64,000 nt of DNA from Acidobacteriota bacterium (GCA_965248695.1 CBDFKD010000002.1:2848001-2912000), one strand, 5' to 3'; counted from the stretch's first letter, positions 36,648 through 47,274 are shown. Numbers and translations: made by a program. Notes: a model not told the origin generated them from the letters alone.

Positions 36648-38569
36648 CGTTCCGCGGCCGCGGTTGGACCGGTCGAGACGACGCGCGTAGCGGGATCCAG
36701 ATCGGTTAGTGAGATCCGCAAACGGCGCGCGCGCGCATCGACGCCCAGAGCGCGAAAGGACTGCTGCGCCTTTGCGTCGTCAATCTTGGTAGTCGAGATC
36801 CAGATCTCTGGCTGCCTGGCGGCCTGCGTACCGTCTAGCCAGGCCCCGAGGCTCTGGACCGGCAGGCCGCTGAGTTGCCGGCCCCACAAGTCACGATCAT
36901 CGTCGATGAAACCGACGACGACGAACTCAGCATACAGGTCGTTGTACATGATCTCATCGCGAAGGAACTTCCCGCCGCTGCCCGCTCCGTAGATGAGAAC
37001 CGGAGTCCGATGGATTCGCTTGCTCGCGATGGTCAGCCGGTGAGTGAGACTGTCGAATATCCGGAAGCTGAGACGAGAAGCAGCAAGGGCCGAGAACAGC
37101 AAGATCGCGTGTATGAGATGCGCGCTCCTGCTATGACCTGGACCGAACCGATCTGCCAACGTAAGAGCGCTTACGGTGATCGCGGTGCCCAGGAGAACGG
37201 CGCTCCCATAGGCAGGTAGGTCCGCGACCGTGATGAACTTCCAGCGCTCCCGGTAGATGCGCATCACGAAGAAGGCCGCGATGTACGAGGAAACGACGAA
37301 CGGATACGCGAAGACCAGTGCCTGTCGCGCGCGAGGATCCAGCCATCCGTCGAACCGGAGTAGGTATGCTGCCTGGAAACTCAGGACGATCAGGATCAGG
37401 TCGAGGACAACCTCTGCGGCACGAGCCTTGTGGAGGAGTTGACTTACTAATGGCGTCCAGAACGCTGGTCGTGAGCCTGGTTCCGTTGTCTGGATGCTCA
37501 CCCGTGCGAGGTAGACGCCCATCAGAACCAAGAGCACCGCGTAGAGCCCGAACAGCGGCAGCGAAAGCTGGGGGGAACGTGGGATGAGTAGCGCAATTGC
37601 GCCTCCACCCGCCGCCAGCAAGTAGAGCATCCAAACAGCACCGCGCTCCGAGAGTCCCAGACCGACGAGCCGATGAGAAGAATGGTCCTGACCCCCGACC
37701 GTCGGAGCCTGAGCGCGAAGCTGGCGCGTGATCGTAACCAGAGTGGTATCGAAGATCGGAACTGCCAACAGAGCTACCGGTATCACCAGCGTCATCACAG
37801 GCGCGAATCCAAGACGACCACCCTCGACACCCCAAGAACCGTTCAAGCTACTGGGCATCGTCAGCGCCGCCAGGACGTAGCCCAGGAATAGTGCTCCGGA
37901 ATCTCCCATGAATATCGACGCGGGCGGTCGGTTGAATGCCCAGAAGCCGAGCGTCGAGGCGACCAGCACCAACCCTAGGTAAAACGCGATTTCGGGTGTG
38001 CCGTCGGCGGAGATCTCGTGGGCCAGAAAGGCCGTGCTACCGAGAGCTATGATCGCCACTCCGGAGGCCAGCCCGTCCATGTTGTCGAGCATATTGACGG
38101 CATTGATGATCCCTATGAACCAGAAGTACGTTACGAGCAGGTCGGCCGGAAGGAACCCCGTGACTGCGAAGACCCCACCGGCCAGGATGAAGGCGTTCGA
38201 TGCCAACAGCTGACAGACGAGTTTCGTCGCGGGACGAAATCGATAGATGTCGTCCAGCAGCCCCAGCACGAACATCGAGAGTGCCCCTGCCAGGAGAGCA
38301 AAGGGCAGCGGGATCCCGAGAGGTCCGGCAGCGACAGGAAAGCTGCCACTCCATCCAAGAACGAGCCAAAGGGAGGCGCCAAAGAAGGGCACGAAGATGC
38401 CGACGCCACCATGCATAGCGGTTGGCGCCTTGTGCCAGCGATCTGCACTTGGACGGGCTACCCACCCACGTCGAGCTGAGATGATCCGCACCGCCGCCGT
38501 CAGAATCAGGGCAGAAACCAACACAGCGCCCAGCAGCGCCAGCAGCCCACTGCCGCCAAGTGAGCTCAC
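36644..38569 (-). CDS. WecA/MraY-family undecaprenyl-phosphate sugar-1-phosphate transferase fused to a PglF-type TM and Rossmann (CoA-binding-like) domain
   Basis: GLLDD, NAVNMLDNMDGL, IFMGDSG, DHSSHRL; C-terminal AYLLRFD, LIYGAGSGG, GFIDDD. Confidence 0.9.
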   Translation of the reverse strand: MSSLGGSGLLALLGAVLVSALILTAAVRIISARRGWVARPSADRWHKAPTAMHGGVGIFVPFFGASLWLVLGWSGSFPVAAGPLGIPLPFALLAGALSMFVLGLLDDIYRFRPATKLVCQLLASNAFILAGGVFAVTGFLPADLLVTYFWFIGIINAVNMLDNMDGLASGVAIIALGSTAFLAHEISADGTPEIAFYLGLVLVASTLGFWAFNRPPASIFMGDSGALFLGYVLAALTMPSSLNGSWGVEGGRLGFAPVMTLVIPVALLAVPIFDTTLVTITRQLRAQAPTVGGQDHSSHRLVGLGLSERGAVWMLYLLAAGGGAIALLIPRSPQLSLPLFGLYAVLLVLMGVYLARVSIQTTEPGSRPAFWTPLVSQLLHKARAAEVVLDLILIVLSFQAAYLLRFDGWLDPRARQALVFAYPFVVSSYIAAFFVMRIYRERWKFITVADLPAYGSAVLLGTAITVSALTLADRFGPGHSRSAHLIHAILLFSALAASRLSFRIFDSLTHRLTIASKRIHRTPVLIYGAGSGGKFLRDEIMYNDLYAEFVVVGFIDDDRDLWGRQLSGLPVQSLGAWLDGTQAARQPEIWISTTKIDDAKAQQSFRALGVDARARRLRISLTDLDPATRVVSTGPTAAAER

Positions 38570-38575
38570 GCGAGC

Positions 38576-39676
38576 TTACCGCCCGGGGACCGCGTCGGGC
38601 GGATGGTATTGTCGCTCGTAGGCGACGACCCGTTCGAGAATGTCACGCAGAGACTTGCTCGGTCGCCAGTCGGTAAGCTCTCGCAGCCGCTCGGTGCTTG
38701 GAAGGCGTCTCTGCATGTCCTCGAAGCCTGGTCCGTAGGCTTCCTCATAGGGCACCTCGACGATCGACGATTCGCTTCCACACACCTCGCGGATCAGCTC
38801 GGCCAGCTCCCGAATAGAGATTTCCTCTTCGCCCCCGATGTTGAACACACTGCCTATTGCGTCTTCCTCTGCGGCAAGGGCCTCGATGGCGCGCACTGCA
38901 TCGCCGACGTCGCCGAACACGCGGCGCTGGCTACCATCGCCATACACCGTGAGATCCTCGCCGCGCAGAGCCTGACCTACAAGACGGGGCACGACCATTC
39001 CGTAGCTACCTGTCTGGCGCGGTCCCACGGTATTGAAGAGACGAAAAACCGTTAGCGGCAGCCCGTACTCGGCGTGATAGGCGAGGCCGAGAAACTCATC
39101 AATCATTTTACTTGCCGCATAGGCCCACCGGCTCTTGCTCGTCGGCCCCAGGAGAACCTCATCGTCTTCCCTGAACGGGATTCGGGCGCCCTTGCCGTAT
39201 ACCTCTGAGGTACTCGCTAGCAGGACTCGGCAACCGTAGCTTAGCGCCGCCTTCAATACGTTTTCTGTCCCGCCCACATTTGTCTCAATTGTATGCACGG
39301 GTCGATCGACAATGAGCTTCACCCCGACGGCCGCCGCCAAATGAACGACAACATCCGCCTCGGACGTCAACCGATCTAGCACAACCTGGTCGAAGACATC
39401 GGCGCGCGCGAAACGGAAGGCCCGGTCTTCGAGCAGATGGTCGATGTTCTCGATCCGGCCCGTGCTGAGGTTGTCGAGACCCAGAACCTGCTCGCCTCGT
39501 CCGAGCAACGCCTCAACTAGATGAGAGCCGATGAACCCCGCGGCGCCAGTTATCAGCCATGTGCGAGGTCGTTTGCCATCACCTGACTTTGCGACCAACG
39601 AGTATTCCTCCGGGTTGAGCAACCTTGCGGGGTCCGAGTACCGCGCAGCAACGTCGGATGCCGGGACGGGCTCCAC
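38576..39676 (-). CDS. NAD-dependent nucleotide-sugar epimerase/dehydratase (extended SDR)
   Basis: TGAAGFIG, HLAA, STSEVYG, YAASK, FNTVGPRQ; exact start uncertain. Confidence 0.92.
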   Translation of the reverse strand: MEPVPASDVAARYSDPARLLNPEEYSLVAKSGDGKRPRTWLITGAAGFIGSHLVEALLGRGEQVLGLDNLSTGRIENIDHLLEDRAFRFARADVFDQVVLDRLTSEADVVVHLAAAVGVKLIVDRPVHTIETNVGGTENVLKAALSYGCRVLLASTSEVYGKGARIPFREDDEVLLGPTSKSRWAYAASKMIDEFLGLAYHAEYGLPLTVFRLFNTVGPRQTGSYGMVVPRLVGQALRGEDLTVYGDGSQRRVFGDVGDAVRAIEALAAEEDAIGSVFNIGGEEEISIRELAELIREVCGSESSIVEVPYEEAYGPGFEDMQRRLPSTERLRELTDWRPSKSLRDILERVVAYERQYHPPDAVPGR

Positions 39677-39974
39677 GGGCGAAACCCCAGCGATGCTCGC
39701 GGGAATTGTATGCCACCGATAGGAACGGCGGCGTCTGCGTGAACGACGCTAGCGACGTTCCGCGAGGCGATCCCGCACTGTTTCGGATTCGTCCCGTGAG
39801 CGCTCCAGACAGGTGCTACGCGCGCTCTACGCTGTCGCGATCGGCGATCGCCCCCGATGTACACTGGCGTCCCGAACGGTCACTTTCTGCGCCGTCGCAA
39901 CCGCATTCCGTGCCCACGGAGGGCAATCGGTGAACAGGCGCGAGCAGGACCCTGCAAGTACATCCGCTGCGTCC

Positions 39975-41150
39975 ATGAGCGACACGCCGACCGAGCCACG
40001 AGATTCCGAGTACGCCGACGTCGTACGCGACCGCGTCGACAAGCTCCGCGGCAGCGCTGCCTTCCGCAACTACGAGCAGGTTCGCGACCACGTCCTGCAG
40101 ATGAAGGACCTTGACGCACGGCATTCAGGAACGGCGCTCGAGCCCAGCGACTATTGGCGCGAGGAGCTCGAGAACTTCGAGTACATGCTCGATGCGCATC
40201 CGCTCATCATCGACAAGCTCCGGCACCATTCGCATCACGTCACCGGTTTGCGGGTATACGACTATCGGTCCAACAAAGATGCAGCACGCCAGCTCTTTGC
40301 TCAGAAGCTCGAGAAGCTGATCGACCTGGGGGGCCGCGACCTTCTGGTTCCCGAGCCACGTGACATGGGCGGGTTTGGCTTCGAAATCGACGGCCAGCTC
40401 TACAACATCGACACCTTGAAGTTCTACGAGGTGTTGATTGCGATGCAGCGCGGCGGTGTTCTGAACCAGCTGCGCGAACCGGAGGAACGCAAGCTGGTCT
40501 GGGAGATCGGTCCCGGCTGGGGTGGCTTCCCTTACCAGCTCAAGACGCTCTGCCCCGATGTCACGTACGTGCTCATGGACTTCCCCGAGCTGTTCCTCTA
40601 CTCGGGCACGTACGTGAAGACGCTGTTCCCGGAGGCTCGCGTGGAGTTCCTCGACCACGGCTCGCTCCGCGACCTACTCTCGCAGTGGCGCGACATCGAC
40701 TTTCTCTTCGTCTCGAACGCCTTCCTGGAGGAGTTCGAGCCTGAGCAACTCGACCTGGCGATCAACATGGTCTCTTTTCAGGAGATGACCTCGGAACAGG
40801 TTCGGGCCTATGTCAACAAGGCCCATGATTTGCGGAGCCCGTACCTCTACAGCCTCAATCGCGAGCGCTCCCCGTACAACCGGGAGCTGTCCAGCGTCAG
40901 CGATGTCATCGCCGAGCGCTTCTGGCCCCACGAGATTCCTGTTCTGCCGGTCAGCTACACGAAAATGCTCAACAAGATCAAGGTGAAGAACCTCAAGGCG
41001 CGCCTCACGAAGAGGGCAAGCAAGCCCGACACTGGGTACAAGCACATCGTCGGTTGGAACCGCCTGATCTCGTCCGGTGAGGGCATGGCGGCGAGTACAG
41101 GGCGGGCGACTCCCGCATCGCGTCTGGCTGCCGAAGAAGTACCGCAGTGA
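39975..41150 (+). CDS. Putative sugar O-methyltransferase (TIGR04371-like)
   Basis: PSDYW, YNIDTLKF, VWEIGPGWG, INMVSFQEM; start ATG 39975. Confidence 0.8.
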   Translation: MSDTPTEPRDSEYADVVRDRVDKLRGSAAFRNYEQVRDHVLQMKDLDARHSGTALEPSDYWREELENFEYMLDAHPLIIDKLRHHSHHVTGLRVYDYRSNKDAARQLFAQKLEKLIDLGGRDLLVPEPRDMGGFGFEIDGQLYNIDTLKFYEVLIAMQRGGVLNQLREPEERKLVWEIGPGWGGFPYQLKTLCPDVTYVLMDFPELFLYSGTYVKTLFPEARVEFLDHGSLRDLLSQWRDIDFLFVSNAFLEEFEPEQLDLAINMVSFQEMTSEQVRAYVNKAHDLRSPYLYSLNRERSPYNRELSSVSDVIAERFWPHEIPVLPVSYTKMLNKIKVKNLKARLTKRASKPDTGYKHIVGWNRLISSGEGMAASTGRATPASRLAAEEVPQ

Positions 41151-42106
41151 GCTCACCGCTGGTTGCCGTCGGTATTCCGCTCTACAACCGCGCTGAATGG
41201 CTCGCCGAGACGCTGGAGTCCCTGCTGACACAGACCTTCTCCAACTGTCGCTTCATTGCGGTTGATGATTGCTCCAGTGACGATTCGCGCGGCGTCATCG
41301 AAACCTACGCGGCGATCGATGACCGGATCAGCTACGAGCGTAATCCGGCGCGCTTGGGAATGATCGACAACTGGCGCCGTTGCTTCGAGATTGCACGCCA
41401 ACGCTATCCCGATGCGAAGTACTTCGCCTGGGCGAGCGATCACGACCTCTGGCATCCGCGGTTGCTGGCGGCGCTGGTCGGTGAGCTCGAGAGCCACCCG
41501 GAAGCTGTGCTGGCATACTCGTCGCATCTGAAGATCTCCGAAACTGGCGAGCCCCGAGGGCCGGGGGGCTGGACCTTCGAAACGGCCGGAATCACACGCC
41601 GGAACAAGAGATTCGTCGAGACAACGTGGCGGATGTCGGCTGGCAACATGATCTACGGCCTGTTCCGATCCGACGCGTTGCTGCGGGCAGGGGTTTTCCG
41701 TCGAATCCTGCTGCCAGACCGGTTCCTGGTCGCGGAGATCGCGTTACAGGGCCAGTTCCGGCAGGTCCCCGAGCTGCTCTGGTACCGACGACACGAAGGC
41801 GTCTTCAGCCTCAAGCGGCAGCGTCGCTCGCTGTTTGGCTCGCAGCGGCCGTGGTGGGTGCACGTTCCGTGGTGGATCTGCCAGCCGACCATGCTCGGCT
41901 GGAATCTGTCTATTCGAGGCAGCGGACGGCCCGCCGTAGGCCGGTTTGCCGGGTTCTTCTACGCCATCGAGTACTTCTTCGTATCGACCGTCCTGCACTT
42001 CGTTCGAGGAGTCCGACGCTTCCAGAAACGGCGCTTGCCACGCTATATCGAGGCGGTCCGGGAGCGCTTCTCGCGTCGACCGCGCGCGACCGCGACGGGC
42101 GGTTGA
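41147..42106 (+). CDS. Glycosyltransferase family 2
   Basis: IPLYN, VDDCSSD, YFAWASDHD. Confidence 0.92.
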   Translation: MSSPLVAVGIPLYNRAEWLAETLESLLTQTFSNCRFIAVDDCSSDDSRGVIETYAAIDDRISYERNPARLGMIDNWRRCFEIARQRYPDAKYFAWASDHDLWHPRLLAALVGELESHPEAVLAYSSHLKISETGEPRGPGGWTFETAGITRRNKRFVETTWRMSAGNMIYGLFRSDALLRAGVFRRILLPDRFLVAEIALQGQFRQVPELLWYRRHEGVFSLKRQRRSLFGSQRPWWVHVPWWICQPTMLGWNLSIRGSGRPAVGRFAGFFYAIEYFFVSTVLHFVRGVRRFQKRRLPRYIEAVRERFSRRPRATATGG

Positions 42107-42118
42107 GCCCCGTATCCG

Positions 42119-43858
42119 GTGAGCGATCGATCCGACGGCGAGCCGAGCCCAGTCCGGCGCCACGTCTCGATCTTGCGCGAACAGATGGTCATCCGCGCCG
42201 GCAAGGGGTCGAAGCTCGTCCTCCACGGCGTGGGCATCCAAGGTGAGCTTCGGGTTCAGCTGACCGAGCCCGACGGGGCGTTGATCCCCGGCTTCACGTT
42301 CGATGACTGCGTTCCGCTCCGCGCCGACCGACCGATGATCGAGGTCGAATGGACGGCCGCGGCCGGCAAGACGGAGAGCCGACCGGGGCTCGTAGATCTG
42401 TCGCGCCTCGACGGCCGCACCGTACGCGTGGAGATCTCGGCCCCTGAGGGTGATCCTGAATGCCGAGCCGCCACGATCCTCAGCGGCGAGCCTCTTCCGC
42501 TGCGGATCGGTGGCGGTCCGCATCTGCTGGTCGATGATTGGCTCGTGGCTGAGACCGAGAACCTCGTACGCACGACAACCCAGCCGCAGCGCCGTGATGT
42601 CCCGTTGATCGGGGACCGGCCGGACCGACGTAGTCGCATTGCCCCCGGTGCCGTGATGCACGATCGGGAGAGCGGCCTGTTTCGCATGTGGAACTGGAAG
42701 GCGGGAGACTCGGTGCGCTCCGAGCTCGTTCATCGCGCCTCCGACAGCCCGAGCCGCTGGCCACAAGCCGGCGAAACCGTATTCAGCTTCGACGGGTTCG
42801 GCTCCAAGCTCATCGACGCCGCTCCCTACTGTGACGACGAGCTGCGCCGCTTCCGGTTCGGCTACTTCAACTACGAAGAACCAATGGGTACCTGCGTTGC
42901 CTTCTCTGCCGACGGTATCGACTGGCAGCCGTACGAGGCCAATCCCGTGCTTCCGTACCACCCGATCGGGAGCCCTCGGTGGGCCGCAGGAGTCGGTGAT
43001 ATCACCGACCCCTTCTGGGACCCGATCAACCGCCGTTACGGAGCCTTCGTGAAGATGCCGTCGGCGTCCGACCAGGAGTTCGGCATGCAGTCTCGAACGG
43101 TCGGAGACGGCCTCGGGATCCGGCTCACGGGGCTCTCCGCGAGCAGCGACTTCGTCCACTGGACGCTACCGCGACGCGTGTTTGTGCCCGACGAGCATGA
43201 CGAGGGCGTGACCGAGTTCTATGGCGCCGAGGTCATGTCCAGAGGGGACGTCCTGATCGCTTTCGTGCGGGTGCTGCGCGACGACCTGGCGGCCGATCCC
43301 CACTGTCCGGTCGAAGGGGTTGGCTACACCGCCATCGCCACCAGCCGCGATGGCAAAAGCTGGCAACGGCACCGCGACGTGTTTCTGGATCGGGGCGCGA
43401 CGGCAGGAGGCTTCGATCGGGCCTTTGCCTGGATCTACGCGGCGCTCGAGTGGCAGGACCTCGTGTACCTCTACTACGCGGCCTACGACGAGGGACACAA
43501 GGTGGGCCAACGCAGCATCGGCTTGGCCACGCTACCCCGCGATCGTTTCGTGGCGCTGCGGACAAGCGGCCCGACGGAAGGACGCCTCGTGACGCCCAGG
43601 CTGATCCACACGCGCCGCCAGGTCGAAGGGCTCTGGCTGAACGCCGACGCCCGGGGCGGCGAGTTGCGCGCCCAGATACGTGGCGCCGACGATCGAATCA
43701 TCAATGGGCTTTCGTTCGACGATTGCCAGGCGTTTTCCGGCGACGACATCTCGCACAGGATCGAGTTTGCCGGGGAGATGAACCGGTTGCGCGGCCGGCC
43801 GTTCCGGCTGGAGCTATCGCTGCAGAATGCCGCCGTCTATGCGTTTTCCCTACAGTGA
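42119..43858 (+). CDS. Five-bladed beta-propeller glycoside hydrolase-like protein (GH32/43/130-like) with duplicated flanking domain
   Basis: Asp-box-like motifs SADGIDW, SSDFVHW, SRDGKSW; ANPVL; GELRVQ..GFTFDDC repeated as GELRAQ..GLSFDDC. Confidence 0.65.
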   Translation: MSDRSDGEPSPVRRHVSILREQMVIRAGKGSKLVLHGVGIQGELRVQLTEPDGALIPGFTFDDCVPLRADRPMIEVEWTAAAGKTESRPGLVDLSRLDGRTVRVEISAPEGDPECRAATILSGEPLPLRIGGGPHLLVDDWLVAETENLVRTTTQPQRRDVPLIGDRPDRRSRIAPGAVMHDRESGLFRMWNWKAGDSVRSELVHRASDSPSRWPQAGETVFSFDGFGSKLIDAAPYCDDELRRFRFGYFNYEEPMGTCVAFSADGIDWQPYEANPVLPYHPIGSPRWAAGVGDITDPFWDPINRRYGAFVKMPSASDQEFGMQSRTVGDGLGIRLTGLSASSDFVHWTLPRRVFVPDEHDEGVTEFYGAEVMSRGDVLIAFVRVLRDDLAADPHCPVEGVGYTAIATSRDGKSWQRHRDVFLDRGATAGGFDRAFAWIYAALEWQDLVYLYYAAYDEGHKVGQRSIGLATLPRDRFVALRTSGPTEGRLVTPRLIHTRRQVEGLWLNADARGGELRAQIRGADDRIINGLSFDDCQAFSGDDISHRIEFAGEMNRLRGRPFRLELSLQNAAVYAFSLQ

Positions 43859-43904
43859 GCGCTCGTTCCGAGGCTCCGAGACATGGACCGTTGACCCACC
43901 CGGC

Positions 43905-44996
43905 TCATTCCCACCGAGGCTCGCTGACGGCGATACCGAGGTCGCGCCTGTCCTCTCCTGCACCCGCCCGCAGCGCGTTCCACGTGCGGCTTACCGCGAC
44001 GCTCAGCACGCCCGGCTCACTGGCGCGCGGCGGCGACTCGAGCCGAATCTGACGCCAGCTGCCATCGCTGAAGGTCTCTGAGGCCACCGCATCAGCGTTC
44101 CAATAAAAGGTCACCGTTACGGGCCGAGCACCGGCATCCGGTGCGGCAGTGCGGGCGCGAAAGAGCAGCGTTTCCGATCCCTGCGGCGCGGCGGCGATCG
44201 GCCAACTCGCCCGTCCCGAGCTCCAACGGTAGGGTTGTCCGCCGCCGTACTCGGTGACGTAGAAACCCAGGCCTTCGGACGGTAGGTTCGACTGCCAGAG
44301 GAACTCGCCGACCCCGACACCAAGTACCCGTCGGTCGAGCGAAAACTGCTGTTGGCGTGTCGCGATCGAGCTCGGATCGAGATAGTCCGCCGGAACGAAT
44401 GTCTCGCTAGCCTCGATGCGGAACCTCTGCGACGGTGGTCCCGGAGGTTCGTGCCACTCGGCGAAGACTCCTATGTAGTCCGGCGTGCGGCGCAACAACG
44501 ATCGGGGGCGCATAAACGGCTCTTCCCCCACGACTGGCTCGAGCTCCGCGGCGCCTTCAAGCGACACGCTCGGCGGATCCTGTTTCCACGGATCGACACC
44601 GAGAATCGGGGGTAAGTAGTAGTCGAACCGGTACCTGCCGTTGTGGTCAAGGCGTTGCTCATCGAACAGCGTCTCGTTGACGTACAGCCGTACAGCGATA
44701 CCACCCTCGGGCAACTGCGGGTGCGAGAAGTAGATGGGGATCCGCATTACCGAGCCCCAAGCGGGAATCACAATGTGACCGGCATCACCGTGAGTCCATC
44801 GGAACTCGCGCGGCCCCTCGGGCAGGCTGAGTCGCTCCGTCTGATAGAACCCGGCGGCGTATTCCTGGGGCCGATCGAAGAGCACGACCCGGACTAGTTC
44901 CATTGCCGAGAGCAGTAGATAGGCTCCGAGTAGCCCCGCGAGCACCCTATGCTCCCGAATCGTCGCCCTGAGCTGTTCCAAATGCCCGACGCTCAA
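43905..44996 (-). CDS. Hypothetical membrane-anchored protein with two tandem beta-sandwich-like repeats
   Basis: One TM helix, then repeats GFYQTE..FRWT..DRRVLGVGV and GFYVTE..YRWS..DRRDLGIAV. Confidence 0.6.
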   Translation of the reverse strand: MSVGHLEQLRATIREHRVLAGLLGAYLLLSAMELVRVVLFDRPQEYAAGFYQTERLSLPEGPREFRWTHGDAGHIVIPAWGSVMRIPIYFSHPQLPEGGIAVRLYVNETLFDEQRLDHNGRYRFDYYLPPILGVDPWKQDPPSVSLEGAAELEPVVGEEPFMRPRSLLRRTPDYIGVFAEWHEPPGPPSQRFRIEASETFVPADYLDPSSIATRQQQFSLDRRVLGVGVGEFLWQSNLPSEGLGFYVTEYGGGQPYRWSSGRASWPIAAAPQGSETLLFRARTAAPDAGARPVTVTFYWNADAVASETFSDGSWRQIRLESPPRASEPGVLSVAVSRTWNALRAGAGEDRRDLGIAVSEPRWE

Positions 44997-45478
44997 TCCC
45001 GCCTCACCCAGCCGTGATCAGGCCTTCAGCGTGGTCGCCATTGGGGATGCCCCCCCGGTCTCTAACTCGTCGTTGGCCTGCAGGGCCATAGAGTCTAGAA
45101 CCTGCCTCGGCAGCGTAGGGGAGCTCATGCGGCGAGTCGACCCCTGGGAGTTGGTCCTTTGCTGCATCCGACCATATCGACGGGACGTAGCGAATGCTCT
45201 TGCTCCGAGATCGATAGAAACCGCGCCTAACCTCGGCCCGGTCGCGCAGCCGCTGCCGCGCTTCTGCCTGCTCGTGATGGCGCTCCCGAGTCCCCGTCTG
45301 TGTCGCCAGGGCACCCATTGGCCGTGGCACCGCCATAGACGCGACCACCGTGTCTTGTGTGGGGTGCTTACGACAGGTTACCGTTCAGCGCCCAAGCGAT
45401 GGGGATGCGACGCGTGACGTGGCGGCGTGGTTCGGTAGCACCGAAACTAGAGTCACCAGATGGGCCATCGGCGAGCCT

Positions 45479-47274
45479 CATGTCGGATATCGATACTCCT
45501 GAAGCAAGTGGGAATCAGCCATCTAGCTGGTTGATACGCCTATACCGGCCGGCGCAGTTCGCGCTGGACCTCGGTGTGATTGCGGCAGCCTTCGTCGGCG
45601 CCTACTTGCTCCGGTTCGACTTCGCCCTGGACGATACTCTGCGCCGCTCGCTCGCCGCGCAGACTCCGTTTGTTGTCCTTGTCTATTTCGCAGCCCTCCT
45701 TCTTGCGGGGGCGCACCGCCGAAGCTGGCGGTATACCGGCATCCAGGATGTCCCCGTCTTCGCCCGCGCCGTGTTCTACGGGACGGCTGTCATCCTTGCG
45801 GTACGTTTGCTGCCGATCGATGTGCTTCGTCCGCTGAGGGTACCGCTGTCGATCATCGCGATGAACGGAGTGCTCGTCTCTGTCGGGGTCGTCGGCGCGG
45901 CACTTCGAGAACGCGGGAATCGACCCAGTCGCGTTCGTCGACGACGATCCGCTCAAGCACAACAGTGTGATCGCCGGTACTCGCGTGGTGGGAAGCACGC
46001 GAGACTTGCCCCGCTTGATCGATGAGCTTGGGGTCGAGGAGGTAGTCTTCACCGTGTCGGCCATTTCGCCGGCACAGAAAAAGCGCATCATCGCGATTTG
46101 CGATCGGATTCCGATTGGAGTTCGGGAGACACCGGGGTACTACGAGGTCCTGCGAGGCGACGTCGCGCTGACGCGGTTGCGCGAGGTGCAACCAGAGACG
46201 CTATTGGGTCGCGACCCGGTCCAGCTGGGGACAGCCAGTTCCGAGTGGCTGAGCGGGCGCCGCGTTCTCGTGACCGGTGCCGGCGGCTCTATCGGTGCTG
46301 AGCTCAGTCGGCAGATTGCGGCCAGTGACCCTGCCTCGCTGATTCTACTGGAACGATCCGAACACGCTCTGTTCCAGATCGACCACGAGTTGCGAGCCAA
46401 GTGGCCGGCAACAGACGTGGTACCTGTCCTGGGCGACGTCGTAGACGAAAGGCGCATGCGTGACGTTTTCCGCCGCTGGCTCCCAGACCTGGTCTTGCAC
46501 GCGGCGGCGCACAAGCACGTGTCGATGATGGAGCTGTATCCGGCCGAGGCGGTGATCAACAATATTCACGGCACTTCCTGCGTCGGACAGATCGCTGCTG
46601 AGTTCGGCACGACGAGTTTCGTCTTGGTCTCGACCGACAAGGCGGTGAACCCGACCTGTGTCATGGGCGCCTCCAAGCGCATGGCCGAACTGGTGATCCA
46701 GGACCTCGATCAGCGCCACGCGCCGAAGTACTCGGCAGTGAGGTTCGGCAATGTGCTCGGATCGGCCGGGTCCGTTATTCCGATCTTCCAGCAGCAGATC
46801 AGGAGCGGTGGGCCCGTAACCGTTACCGATCGAGACATGAGGCGGTATTTCATGTCGATCCCGGAGGCAGCACGGCTTGTACTCGAGGCCGGCGCAGTGG
46901 CTGAAGGCGGAGAGATCTTCGTTCTCGATATGGGGAAGCCCATCCGCATTCTCGATCTCGCCGAGAACATGATTCGTCTATCGGGGTTCGAACCCTACAC
47001 GGAGATCCCGATCGAGATCACGGGACGTGGGCGCGGGGAAAAGCTGTTCGAGGAGCTCGGCCAAGAGGCGGAGGATCTCAGCCTTACTCGGCACCCGAAG
47101 ATCTTCATCGGTCGGCTGTCCCCTTGTCCGAGCGCCGAGGTGGGGGCCGTGGTTCAGCAACTGCGGCGGTTGGTCGAAACCGGGGATGACGAGGCGATCC
47201 GGCGGTGCCTGACCGAGTTTCTTCCTGAAGCAAGACTCGAGCTAACTGACAGCGAAGAAGTCTCGGTGGTCTAG
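45479..47274 (+). pseudogene. PglF/CapD/WbpM-type UDP-GlcNAc 4,6-dehydratase with internal deletion and frameshift near 45897
   Basis: TM part (AYLLRFD, WRYTG) is in one frame. IDPVAFVDDDP and the catalytic part (TGAGGSIG, HAAAHKHV, STDKAVNP, MGASK, RFGNV) are in another. The first GAGxxG segment is absent. Confidence 0.8.

Noticed and set aside
45004-45417. Short overlapping ORFs between divergent genes
   Set aside because: No motifs or convincing RBS; probably a promoter region. No clear ops/JUMPstart element was found.
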